Shown here piece after piece: positions 39,158 to 52,854 of a stretch of DNA of 64,000 nt. The stretch's first letter is position 1, and the number at the start of each line of letters is the position of its first letter. Both the position numbers and the translations under genes were made by a program. This stretch comes from Antedon mediterranea. Lineage: Eukaryota; Animalia; Echinodermata. Below the pieces are notes generated by a model. That model ran no database searches. It was not told the origin of the DNA and saw only the letters and a program-made list of their open reading frames with translations. Location: positions 30,820,437 through 30,884,436 of the forward strand of contig NC_092672.1 in NCBI RefSeq assembly GCF_964355755.1. The letters run 5' to 3'.

Positions 39158-41002
39158 TGTATTTAATTATGATATGAAAGAATAGCCTAAAGGTGGTGGT
39201 TCACGCCACAAAAGAGAAAAGAGAAAGAAAAAAAGCATAATTTACTTTCTCACTGTAGCGAACTAATTTCAGAGGGGTTCGATGTTTTATTTTGAAATAG
39301 TCCTTATAATTATTTTAACTCAATACTAAGAAAAGAAATGGAGTTATTTTGACAAAATGATACCTATTATTGTGCGAAATGATTACTACATATATTTTAC
39401 CTTTTAAAAATGCCAACAAAATGGAGATTACACACGTCCATTTTGAATTTGCATTTTAATTATCAATAAATACTTGGGGATTTCATGTTATTTTTTAAGT
39501 ATTAAGTATTCTTTACTCCGAAGAACAACTGCATGCCATAAGCATAAATTTTATCTTTAGTTTTCATTTGTAGGCCTAATTTTATAAGCTGTTTTTATTT
39601 TCTCTTGCATGCTTTGGGTGCTCTTTTCATTCTTATTAATATTATGTCTTTTAAAAAGTGTTCGATTATATTAACTAACCACCGTCGCGTATACGGAGCC
39701 CCTCCCTATTGTGGCCCACAATGCATTTGAGTGCTTACTTTAGTCCTGCTACTGGAGCAAGGAGAGATATAATGATAATCAATTCTGATTTTTCTGATAC
39801 AATTTGTTAATAATGATAGAATAATAATATGATTATAGAAACAACTGTATATGTGCATACGACCTTACAAAAAGTAGGTTGTTAATATTTAATAAAGGTA
39901 TTACAAGAAACGTGCAACTTACGTTTAAAAAGCACCCTGATGGTAGCTGTGGTTATGCCAATACTATGTGAAATTTACCAAAGGACGCGATCGTTATTGG
40001 AGTTGTTTGCTAGATACGTATGAGCAATTACTAACAATTAATGACGAAGACGATTGAGCAATAAAATATGAATGAATATTTATAAAGGCTTATTTTGTTT
40101 AACTATGAAAGGATTTTGATTGGTGGTCGTTCCTTGTAACGTTGGGTGTACATTATTTTTATTTGGCAAAATATCAAGTATAAAACATGTAAGTTAGTAT
40201 GTTTATTTGCACGAAAACGTTCTTGTCGTGGATGTTTTTGTTTAATACCTCTAGGCCTATAACGATAAAATATTGTTATATAATTTACAATTTGAAACAA
40301 TTAAATATCATAATTTGTCCATGGATCCATTGTTCTTGTGTTATTTGTTTTATATAGGGCTGTTTATGTTATGTAGGGGGTTTTGTTGATGTGCACGTAG
40401 ATTAAATTCATACCGCAGTACATTTTTTTAATATTTACGGAAAATCAATTAACTAAATATTTACTTACAATACGAATTACTACTGCTACTGTATTACAAC
40501 AAAAATATATACATCTCAATCCTGTGTTTTTCGGATTTACAGTGTAAAACCTTATGTTATTATTTTAATAGTTAATGATGTACATATAAACAAATATCCT
40601 ATAGTTTTGTGGGCAAAGTCCATGCGTCATTACAGGCCTATGAAATAGTTCCCAGTAGGTGAAGTAAAGTAAGTAAGTCGGTAGGTCTGTAGTTATTATT
40701 GTATTATATTATGTATTGTGTAGTAATTGTCTTTTTTATATTAGTCCGCCAAGTCGGCGTTTCGATTTTCATCAAGTATTATACGTATGAAACGCCATAT
40801 GTGCCAGTTTATGTTTGCCAATTACGATCTAGAACCTATAGGCTTTTATATGCTGTACAAATGAAGAACATACAAACAACTTTAGACCAGCAACAAGTCA
40901 TGTTAGGGTAGTAAAAAAAACAACATACGTATCACGTCATAGTTATAAATAGCAATGCCAAACAATAATACCGTTTCTGAAGTTGTTGGTTATGATCCTA
41001 CA

Positions 41003-41568
41003 CAAATGGACCTATCACCATTCATGGTTTCATCTCCTCTCGTCTTGATTATTGCAATTCTCTGTTTTATGCCCTTCCGAATTTTCAAATTAATCGTCTT
41101 CAACGACTACAAAACTCGGCTGCTCGTATCATTACGTTCACTAACCGTCGCTCTCACATTTCACCTGTTCTTCGAGAACTTCACTGGCTCCCCATTGACA
41201 AACGAATCAAATTTAAAATCTTGCTCCTTACTTTTAAAGCACTTCTTTTTAACCAACCTGCTTACATCCGTCAATTAATCACCTTTTGTGTTCCTGGACG
41301 AACTCTTAGATCATCTGACATGATTTCTTACTCTCTGTTCCACGCATAGCTACTAAAACCTTTGGTCATAGATCGTTTTCTTTTGCAGGACCCACACTCT
41401 GGAATCACTCCCCCACAAATTAAACACTGTTCTTCTGTTGCCTTATTTAAAAATTGCTCAAAACTAATTTTTTCGACCACTAACATGCACAGCGCCTTTG
41501 ATTTTGTACCTCGGTCTTTGAATTGACGCTTTATAAATACTGATATAATAATAAATATAATAATAATA
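41003..41568 (+). mobile_element. L2-clade LINE 3' fragment
   Basis: [38 protein letters not shown]...[30 protein letters not shown]; 3' AGCGCCTTTGA...GACGCTTTATAAAT stem and TAA-rich tail. Confidence 0.9.
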
Positions 41569-43970
41569 GCGACGCGCACTATAATATACCAGGGTGTAAT
41601 GTATGTAATGTGTGTGTATGTGTGTATCAATGCCAATTTATAATAATACACTAAATTGACATTGACATAATACTATTATGTCAGTATTTCTACAATTGTT
41701 TTGTATAAAGCCACAACAATGACATACCATGACATTTGTACTGTATTCAATTCAATTTATTAAAAAATAGATGAGAAATATTAAAATAATAATATTATAA
41801 TAGGCCTACATAAGATACATCCAAATGACTATCGAACGCCTCTTTATTATTTGTATCGAATTGTTACATCGAATAAAAGGCAACATGAATTTAGTTTATC
41901 ATTCAGTAATCAATGTATACATTTAAACTACCTAAATTAATTTACTTTTACTCGATGTCAAATATAATAAATAACAATGTGTAGGCCTATATGTGTGTTT
42001 CTATGTACGTATGTAAAGAACTTGTTTAGGAAGATTTCGCAACCTTACGCACACGATAACGAAAACGGATACGTCACACATTTGTGAAACTTTTGAGCTG
42101 ATCCCTATTTCATATTCGTAAAGCATATTCATGTTGACGAATATCACCAGTCATATTCTACAAAAACGAGTAAAATTTTTGATCTATTTTTTCACATTTT
42201 GTATTTCAAATCAGGAATCATAATATAATTATAGATTTATTTAAAGTAATTTAATAAATGTAATTTACTAGAGTGGGTCTAGATGGATCTATATTCTGTT
42301 GTTGTTACTAGCAATACCAAGCTTCCGGAGTGGTAAAACCAAAAATACGGTAATTTTATACAAAACGATTATTCTGCGCATGCGTATAAGCATGTTATAC
42401 ACCGGCACTGTATTTGATCGATTTAACGTTCAATAATAATAATAATAATATCATTTATTCAGTCACCAAAAGATAATAGCCAGCCAGAAGTGAGAATAGA
42501 CTGAAGCCGAAAACAGATTCGGAACTCGCAATATTGTATTACAATAGTAAACAAACCATTAAAATGACATGAAATATATTCCAGAAGAAGGTAGGTATTA
42601 AAGAAAACGTGTAGGCCCGATTGTTTAAAGATTTTGTGCATGTGCAATGGTCATATAATGCATTACACACTGTAAAAAATATAAATAAACAATGCTTTTC
42701 TGATACAAAAATAGGCATTATATGCAAGATAAAATTATTAAAAATATGAAATTGCTCCACGCGACAGTCATCATACCGCATACTTTCCACACTTAGGCCT
42801 ACTTCTGAATTGAGGGTAACACAATTATCGCGTTTTGGGGGGAAGACTTTCCCGGGGAAATTTACCCATTTCGTAGTGTAACCGTCGGACTTTACCCATG
42901 CTGAATGTGTAACTTTATTAGAATACCTCAAAAGAAGGGTATATTATAGTTCCCCACTGCGGGGTACTCGCAATCTTAAAAACTTACACCTAAATTGAAG
43001 GAAAAGGAGAGTTTACTCCAAGGAGGAAACAAATTTACACGTAAAATCCGAATTATTTTTTACAGTGTAGGAATATGTAAAGATGTGACAAACGAAGAGC
43101 ACGCAACTGAACTTATATTGTATGTTTGCTAAGTTCTCAACACAAGTTATAATAAAAACGAAGGGATAAAAGTTCCACACACACGCACGCCGAGTAAAAA
43201 TTGGATTTGATTTTAACAAATATGTTTGGTGTTGTAACATCTTGCCTATGATTTTTGTTTGATCTCTTTTTATAAGCTTCACTACCATTGAATGTTAAAA
43301 GATGAATTAATGCATTGTGGTAATTTCTCAAAAGAGAAGGAAAGTTAAGAGGTAGAAAAGAAATGTTTAAAAGAAACAATGTTAAGGTGATTAAACAAAT
43401 CATGTTATGTAGACAGTAAGCATAACAATAATGTTAAGGACTTAAAAATATGCATGACTAGAAAATTTACTGATGTTTAAAAAAAAACAATGTAAATGGG
43501 TATAGAATAGTTAAAACCAGAAAAGAATTCACTCTTCTTTGTGTAAACAATTATTTCAATACAATTTCAAGGGAATGATTTAACACAAAAAAACAAAAAT
43601 AAGATGAGAACTAATGTCAGTTGAACTGTATGACACGATAAAATATTAATTAATAATGTTACACTATTAATATGTATTAAGAGTGTACTGTAACTCAATA
43701 TTTTATCAGATGATGTCATAAAGTTGGGACATCATTAAACTACACTCACATTTGCTCTGATAATCTGATAATAATTAATTCATTTGTTCACATCTTTTGA
43801 ATAAGGTTATAGATTCCTTATGCCATTAAAATACATAGATGTACAGATGGTGTATTAAGATGTGTTCTATTAAGATCAGTGACTTAACTGCTATGAGTGC
43901 TAAACCAGGAACATTTTCCCCGGCGTCACGCCACTAATTAAGGCAGCCATTACAATACAGTGTTACTAGA

Positions 43971-45583
43971 CTAGTCTTTTTTCTGTTTTTTCAAATATTC
44001 GGTCACTTCTTTATGTAAAGAAAAAAGAGACAAAAAACAACCTATGACAGCACCAATATCACCAAGTATTTCAATGGTTTCATCATACTGAATTATCAAG
44101 AAAACACTGACTGCGATGATACCAATACCAAACATAAGTAACTTCCACCAATGTCCTGAAATTAAGCGAAAAAAATGTTTTGTTTATAAATACTCCACAG
44201 AGATATGAAAAATCTTAGATAACTGAAGGTATATAATCAAAATGTACATTATAGTTTCCCAGAAATATAAATACCAGTACAATTAGCTGACAACTATTCA
44301 AATATATTATTGGAAACTGTGGTTAAATGTACACCTTTTTTCAACGAGATGGATCCCCTTCATTTAGAGATCCAACTTCATAATGACTGGCGACGTGCAT
44401 AGGCAGAAAACACCATTTAAAGTGTTTTTTCTTATTTATTTTGTATCTCGTGACTTGGCAATTTTCACAGGTTTAAACCCTTGTTTGGTTTTCGTAAATA
44501 TACAACCAATATGAAACCACATGTGATTGACCCTCGCTAATAAAAATGATAGGCCTGTTCTAAGGGCAATATACAATGATGACTTTATATCTAGAGCATC
44601 CAAGATCAAAAGAACTGAAACTTGTTTGCAATATTTTAGAATTCAAACATTCAGTAAGTAACATACTCTAACAAAAGAAATTAAATATGTGAATTTATAA
44701 TCTAATTTTTTTTAAATTAAAACTAATAATACAGCCATTTTCCTCTCCCATTCCTCTCCAAGTAGGCCTACCATTCTTCATCACATTGTATTTGAAATAT
44801 TGCTTAGTACATCACGTTACACACCTGTAGGGGGTGGAGTTGGTGTTGGATTTGATTTTGGATTCGGTTTTGGCGTTTGCGTTGGATTTTGGTTTGGAGT
44901 CGGTGTTGAAGTCGGCGTTGGAGTTGGTGCTGGGTCCTCTGATGAATTGATAACCGTAGGTTCATATGATGTTTCTATAAATAAAAAATCAATTAAAATA
45001 CAGAAACACTAATAAACAGAGAAATTATGGCAATCTTGCATACATAAAAAAGATAATAATTTATGTGCATACTTAATAAAATATTTTGCGCAACTTTATT
45101 TAGAAGTTTTGCAAACATGTTCACTTTTTCTTGTGAATCTAGAAGTTCGGCTTCTTCGATGTGATTTACAACATCCCATATGTTATCATAGTTGCATTTA
45201 CGCAGGTTGTAAAACCCAATTACGTTTATTAAGTCTTTTTCTCCAACATCTTTTAGAGCTTTAAACAGTGTTCTGCGAAATGCAGTTAATCTTGCTCGTG
45301 CATTTGTTGTGTCACTGCTTTCGATTGTATTTGTGTATTGGGTTATACGACGTCTAGCTGCGGCCAGCATAGTTACTTCAGCAATGTCCATCAACAACCT
45401 CACATCAGTTGTGGAAATGAATTCCTTTTCAACAAGTTTGTTAAATAGATCTAGCGCTGGTAGATTTTGATTACTAATGTTCACAATACGAAATAACAGC
45501 ATTCTTAACTCTCGGATCGTCACGCCATCGAAGTGTTTACTAAGTTCCTCCAGAAATATTTTTAATTTAAAAGTTTCATCCAT
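43971..45583 (-). CDS. Three-exon gene: tandem DED-like (type B), Pro/Thr stalk, two C-terminal hydrophobic helices; 281 aa
   Basis: Exons 45583-45073 (511 nt), 44974-44825 (150 nt) and 44155-43971 (185 nt), all GT-AG with phase-1 introns, give 846 nt open to TAG. DED-like motifs FLEELSKHF..ELRMLL..LDLFNKLVEKEFISTTDVRLL and LTAFRRTLFKAL..WDVVNHIEE. Confidence 0.82.
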
Positions 45584-46074
45584 TTTTAATCTGTAAACAA
45601 AAATGTATTGTTTAAACATTTTCCATATTTAAACATTGCAAACGATATCATAGCGAGAACAAACAAATTGAGTAAATGAAATAAATACTATATAATATAT
45701 ATTTTTTTTTTTAATTTAGAAAAAGTTTTGATTAATTTAAAAGTTTTGCAAGTTGTAGTGATACACTTCTGGGTATTTTCCATAATAGAACCATGTCTCG
45801 CTATGCATGGTACATATATACACTGAAATAACCTTTTGTTGTAGACGTGGTGTAATGTTTTTAACACAAATATCAAAAGCAAATGGGCAAATACTGTGTA
45901 GTGTAACCCAACAATGGAACAAATCATTCATAATAGAGGTTTGTTTCATTATTATCAAATACATAAAGATGAATAAATATAGTTCAAAAAATATAAATCG
46001 TACGGTAATTGCTTACCTACATTTTTTGAGATTTTTTTTTTATATTGAATTATCATAATATTATCAAAACCAGT

Positions 46075-49000
46075 GGACCCTCTGTAGCTACATTGTGATT
46101 GTATTATAATATAACGTAGATCTGATTTCAGCATAGATATTTTCTTTAGTCTATTGTTATTAGTCATTGACTCAGAAAATGAATGAAATGCCTTGGATAT
46201 TCAATGAATTATTTCTTCATAACAAGATTTAATTGAATAAGATTTTCTCATTCCTACAAAATAACTAATTGTTTGCTACAGAAAGCTGTACAGAAAGGTA
46301 AAAACCGTTAAACATTAAGGCCGTGGTGTAAAGAAACCGTTAACTAACAATAATATTGTTAGACGTAGTGTAGTTGTTGAAAGTATAATAACGAATAACA
46401 TAACATAACATAATAGTTAACTGGACATTTGAACGAACCATTCGTAGATGTAGGAATAGCCATGTATAAGTATAACTTTCCTACTTTTTGAACTTACATT
46501 TAACTAGATCTAGGTCGTACCCACAGATGGTTCTTGAATACACAGTAATTTCAGCGTAAAAAACTGGATTTTCAGAACATTTAGGTCTAGTTTACTTCCT
46601 TGTCTTTCAATAGTTTTTGTTGTAATATCAAGATACCAACCAATTTGATTTACAAAAATTCATTTTCAATTTTTAAAGAAAAAAAGGTTTCAAATCACTG
46701 TTATTGATTTGTAGCGATATAGGCCTAATTACATTCTAATTATTTGCTAACCTGAAAAGTAATATTTAGCATTCCATGCTTTCGGTATAGAGTTTACATT
46801 ATATCATACTTAGTATTGTAGTGAATGCCTTTGTAAATGTATTGTATGTGTAAGTATAAAATAGCCAACTTAACCTACTTGTTAATAATAGAGCGACGGC
46901 CTCTCCAGGTCGTATCAAACTATTATTATTATTTTAGTACTTTTTTTATTTCTATTCATAAATGCTTATTTCTCTAACGCCCTTTGTAAAACACTCTGAT
47001 AATAAGTAATTTAGTGAGAATTGCGCACAGGTGTGGACGATGTACATGTCAATATGCATGCCGTACAGCGCTCATTAGTCTGTCTACAGTCTTCATAATC
47101 TTCCTAAAGAGGCACTGTGTTAAATAAAGTGTCACATGTGCTGGAACTCCAGCTTTAAGTCCATATCCGAGAAAAAGACTTATTCTACCACTAGAAACAT
47201 AGTCGGGAGAGCCCATGTCGATTTGTGGTTTTCGGCTTAATGACTCTGGTTTTTACAATAGGATTTATGTGAATGGGCTTTTATTCCTACAAAAATATAG
47301 CTCGCTTGCTACATGAAGCTGAACAGTATACATGTCTCTGTGGTATACAGTACATTACCTTTTTTGTGAGAAAAAGTTATTGAAAATACAGAACCCAACA
47401 TGCATAGTAGAGGTAGGCATAATTTTGCTTTGAGCTATTTCTGTCATGACAAAGAACATTTACTGGTTGACATTATATTACTTATTTTTTATAGTTAGGA
47501 AAAATAATAATTAAACCATTTATTTAATACACAGCCATATATCCAAGAAGATTTAAAGGGCATTTAAATGAATTGTTAGATTTTTTTCATTTTCATCAAA
47601 TTAAAAACAAATGTAAAATACTTTTAAGAATATTGGTAAGATATGAATTTATGTTCTGCCAGTTCACATGTGTTTACAAATACATTTTAGGTATATTTAT
47701 GGCAACGTTTATCTATAATAATTGTTGTTTTCATTTTTTGATCGTTACAGAAAATAATATACCATTGATCATAAAAAAGCAGGAAAGTATCTGTGCATTT
47801 TGAACCCAGTACATTTATTGGAAGAGTATTGGTTTAATATTGCTCCAGGATTGCAAAGTAGATCAATGTGCATTCAGTATCCTCAGAAGAGATAAATTAA
47901 TTCTTCCAGTCATACTCTTGAACAAAAAAATAATGGTACGGATGCTGCTTTATGCATTATTGTTAGTGATAAAAAAAAATAATTGTGTTCTTAAAATAGC
48001 ACAGGAATTATTCAGTTATTATGGATCTTGATTCTCGACGAATAAGAAAACATTTTAGAATTAGTTTTGGTTGATGTACTTAATATGCTAATTAACTCCA
48101 AATTTACGAATGGTTCTCTAAAAAATTGAGGACCCGTCACTTTAAGAATTGTCCTATTTAAATCCCACAGACCAATACAGCACACCTCAAACCTGTTGTA
48201 CACAAATTGCTAATAAAAACATTCTGTCCCCAGACAAAAGCTTGATTAAAGATTTATTATGCCTCTGAAAATTTACTTTTTCAACATTTTTTATGACATT
48301 TTAATATTACATAATCGTTATTCACTTTTACCAAAAATTGGATCGGAAAAAATAAATATTTAATATATTTATAAGTAAAAACATTTTTCCGGTTTTTTTT
48401 CTACGAGAGGGATTAACTTTATTAAAGATGCAAAATGACCTATTCAAAGTCTGGAGTTATTTTAATAATTATTATTATTAATTGTTATTATTAATTATTA
48501 TTAGTAGTAATCATTATTTTAATAGGATGTATTGTCCCCCAAAAACATGAAAAATAAAAAAAAATTATTTTCATGTTTTGGGGGTACTATAGACCTACAT
48601 CAGTTTGATAATTTCCAATGCTAAAAATAGTTTAGACATTTACAAATCGTGTTTTTTTACATATTTATAGACTAAATTCCTAAACTTCCTAAAACTAAAC
48701 AATAATTAATACTAAATCCAGAGATTTACGTAGACTGTATTTCATTTATTTTTACCAAAGGTACACGATAGTTTAAAATTATGAATAGAAGGTGTGCCAA
48801 CATGATAAACATGCGGCAAGTCTACGTACCATCTCACTAGGTAACATGTGACAGATATCAAATCAAATCAAATGTTATTACAATCGGTACACAACAAACG
48901 AATAGATAGAATACAAATTGCAGTTTAACATGAATTTGCTTGACACAAAAAAAAATGCAAGGTCCATTATCATTATATACAACAATTTATAACGTGAAAA

Positions 49001-50700
49001 AAGGGGGAATCATCAGAATTATTGGTGAAGCAAAATGGATAGATCGATCGAGTGACAACGATTTGTTACTTAGGCCTACGACATATTTGCATTACATTAC
49101 TTTTTATTATTATTTGTCCATTTTCTCTCAATTCTCTAAATTTTAACTACAATAGGTGCTTGTGGATTCAAAGGTCTACCGTCACCAATGGAGGTATAAA
49201 TTTATAATTCCTCCATGGGTCACATCCATAAGCAAACTGTTGCTTGGTGAGGTTATTGGAACTTACACCAATAAGTGATATTTAAGTGGTACATATCAAT
49301 GTAGAATTGATATATTATAAGTGTAATAACAGATATACTGACGATAGTCTGCTTAAGCCTCAAAACGACTGCTTTGTAATTTTAACTTTTTTTAAGATGG
49401 CGTATCGTATTGATAATGTAGAGCGTCGCCAGATTTAATCATACGACAAACGGTCTTTGAATTTGAATCAAAAGATCTGACATAAATTGGGGGCGGCATA
49501 AAAGTTATATAAACTAAATGTTTGACAATTGTTGTTCATCAGGTCACAAGATGTTAGAATGTTTTTCTAATTTCTTCAATAATTCAACTCTGTTATATTT
49601 TCTTATTGGGTTGATTTAGTTTAAGTAAGAATTCAATGCTGTTTGTATGCTTTTATGAAGCACCGTTTATCCGATTCTCAGTACTGTTTATTCAGATAAG
49701 ACAATATTTGCCCAGTATGATAAGCTGTATCATATAAGGTTTGGTAAGGGTTAGATTATGGTCTATAATACTAGGTGGTACATGTGAAACACATATAATG
49801 CTGCATTATCTTATCTAATATTCTAATGATATTGAAGAAATCTATATGGATACTGTATCGAGCGTATGTCGCCGATGTAAGGGTGGTTTCAATAAATTAT
49901 ATACCTTATATACAAAACTATTATTAGAGTAAACTTTCTTGTTATTCATTTGTAAAGTTGAGTTACTTACTAGGCTTAATGAAGTGGAAAAAATAAAGTT
50001 CGAAATATAGAAATATAATGGCCTGCTTTACTTTTCCCGGTTTTGGTTTATACTATATTATGAAACCGGCCTACCTGAAGATGAACAAATGATGTTGAAA
50101 ATGTAGTATCATAATGGCTTGCCTTACTTTTTTTAGGTTTGTTTTATACTAAAAGGCCTACCTGAATACAAGAAATTATATCAAATGTATTAGTAGACCC
50201 TCTGGAACTACATATTGTGATTGTATAAAGTTGATAGAGTTCAGCATAAACATTTTCTTTAGTCTATTGTTTTTAATTATTGATTCAGAAAATGAATGAA
50301 AATGCCTAGGAGATTTAATGAATTATTCCTTCACAACAAGATTGAGATGAATGAGCCTTTATTATTCCTACAAAAAAGAGGTACTAGTTTGCTACAGGAA
50401 GTTTCACAGAAAGCAGAAACGTAGAACTCGATAATACTCGATTTCTATTATGGCCGTGGTGTAAAGTTATCGTGTGTGTTACAAATACATGAATATGAAC
50501 AAATAAAGTTCGAAATATTATATGTAATCGTAAAGGCTTGTCTTATTTTTTTCGAAGTTTGTTTTATCTTATTATATCTTATTTATTAGTGGGCCCTCCG
50601 GAACTACGTACTGTGACTGTATTATAATATAAAGTTGATCCGAGTTCATCATAGACATTTTATTTAATAGTCTATTGTTATTAGTTATTGACTAACGCCT
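46075..50700. repeat. Locally duplicated ~260-bp non-coding block (46075-46332, 50195-50465, partial 50592-50700)
   Basis: Shared GACCCTCTG..CTAC..ATTGTGATTGTAT...TTTAGTCTATTGTT...CAGAAAATGAATGAAA...GGCCGTGGTGTAAAG. Confidence 0.75.
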
Positions 50701-51564
50701 TGGGGGGGAAATGGGGTTAGGGGTTGAATTGAGTTGAATAAGCCTTTGTTATCTTTACAAAAGCAGGTAATTGTTTGCTTACCAAGCGTAATAGTACAGT
50801 AACCAAACATTGGAACAAACCATTCATTGTAGAGGTGTAACCCTCAAATATACTAGACATAACGTCCGATAGAGGGCGGCAGAGAGAAAAAGAATATAAG
50901 ACGGGGCGCGTAATTTTTTTTCCAGGACGAACGTGGGCAAAAATCATGAATAATTCATGATTAATTATGACATAATAGGAAACATTATAGAGGGCGCTGT
51001 ATAAGAATGCCGCTGGGGCACATGTGTAGATATAAAAGGAGTGAGAATAAAACATCAAAAAACCCCTATACATAGTTGAAGTGTGTATTTTCATTATTAT
51101 TGGAGTCCGGAACATAACAAATATCAAGTATATATGTTATATTGGTGTCGTGACCAGTTTTCTTGTAATTTACATCGGCAAACTACATCGAATCGCTGTA
51201 GCCGGCCTGACTCCAAACATTCACGCCAAACAACACACACAGCACGGACTAAATACGCCGTACGTTCGCCGTCTGTGGAGCCGTTCCGATACGCCGTACG
51301 GATAGTATACTTTATGGAGGTATAAAAGTCTTGTGAGAATTTCATTTTATTTATTTCGGATTGTCTACAATTAACGGTACAGTATATGATTTCATTCATA
51401 CTTCGATCATCTTGTTACTGCAGTTACATACAGATATTAATTATTCGAGTACTGTGTAAGATTAAAACGATCGACGTGTTTATACTTGCCCAGCCATAAC
51501 CACGTGGGTAAGATCCTGCATTTATAATGTACATCGACACACGTTGCACTTTGAACTGTTAGCA

Positions 51565-52793
51565 ATGGCTACAGGTACAACCGGTACTCGTTCAAAATCT
51601 AACAAGGCTCAGTCTTCTCCCCCTGCCAGCCCACCACCCCAGCCTCGTCAGGCATATGATAATAATGCTGCTAATGCCATGAAAATAGAATTGCCTCCAT
51701 TTTTTGTTGGTAATGGGACTGAGGACTTCAGTGTATGGTGTAGGAGACTGGAAGTAGCTCTTGATGCATTACCAGTGAACAACCCAATTGATATGACAAA
51801 ACTTTTACCATCTAGGCTTTCTGGACCAGCTTTTAATTACTGGGATAATTTGCCCGCACTTGTTAAAAATAATTACCAAGAGGTTAAAGAGCAGTTGACA
51901 AAAGTATTTAGAGCTGACACAAATAAAATCGATGCATTCAAACGTATGATGAACGCTAGACCACGTCAACCAAATGAATCCTTACAAGTGTACGCTGCAG
52001 ATTTGAGACGTTTGGTTCGCGAGGCATTTCCTGATTACGGATTTGTTGCGCAAGTGGGTGAAGCTTTCCGTCGATTTCTTGCTGGATTGCAACCAGCATT
52101 GCAACTGAAATGTTATGAACATGGTGCACAAACCTTGGACAGTGCATTGAAAATTGCACAACAAATCGAGAGTGCGAATGAGGCTCAACACAACTTACTA
52201 ACTCAGAACACTAATCATAATAATATGTGGTATCCTCAACAAGTAGATGTAAGTTCACTCTCTAGTAAAATATGTGATTTATCCATCGAACCAAAAGTAG
52301 ATGTGGTGACAGTTAAAGAAGTAACAGATTTGCGAGCTGTTGTCGTAGAGTTAAAAGATATGGTTTCTGCCATGCAAAACAAAATGGATAGTATTAGTAG
52401 TGAACGTGAAGGCAGACGTCGTGACAGAGAACATAATTATCAGTACTCGAGATACCACAGCAAATCTCCAAACTTTCGATCTGGTGGATACAGTAGATAC
52501 AGAGATCACTCACGGGGTAGTGGTGACCGTGAAAGAGACGTGACAAATACTATAGAGATAATACTACTGTAAGGCAGCATGATTACGCCAGACGATCCTC
52601 ACCTGGTGATCAGCTTTATAACCAGAGTACAGAGAGAACTGAACGGAGACAAAACAGGTATGAATCTTCAAATTATACCAACACTTCTAATCCACGACAC
52701 CAGAGTCCGTACCGTAGTAGCATACGAGGACGCAGCCCAGAGCCTAGACATGTAACCTTTAATAATACACCTCAACATAATCCGGAAAACTAG
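51565..52793 (+). pseudogene. gag: Gypsy gag (frameshifted near 52540)
   Basis: LPPFFVGNGTEDFSVW...RLSGPAFNYW...RQPNESLQVYAADLRRLVREAFP...FLAGL; the Arg/Ser-rich tail continues in another frame to PEN*. Confidence 0.88.
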
Positions 52794-52854
52794 GACTAGC
52801 TGGAAATGAAGGTCGCTTTTCAGCTTCTGAAGGTGCTAATATCAATTTTGATTT

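Noticed and set aside
44800-45012. Gly/Val-rich plus-strand ORF
   Set aside because: Antisense shadow of the Pro/Thr exon 44974-44825.
47000-48260. Possible decayed coding or transposase remnant
   Set aside because: Composition is suggestive, but I could not recognise any motif or termini.
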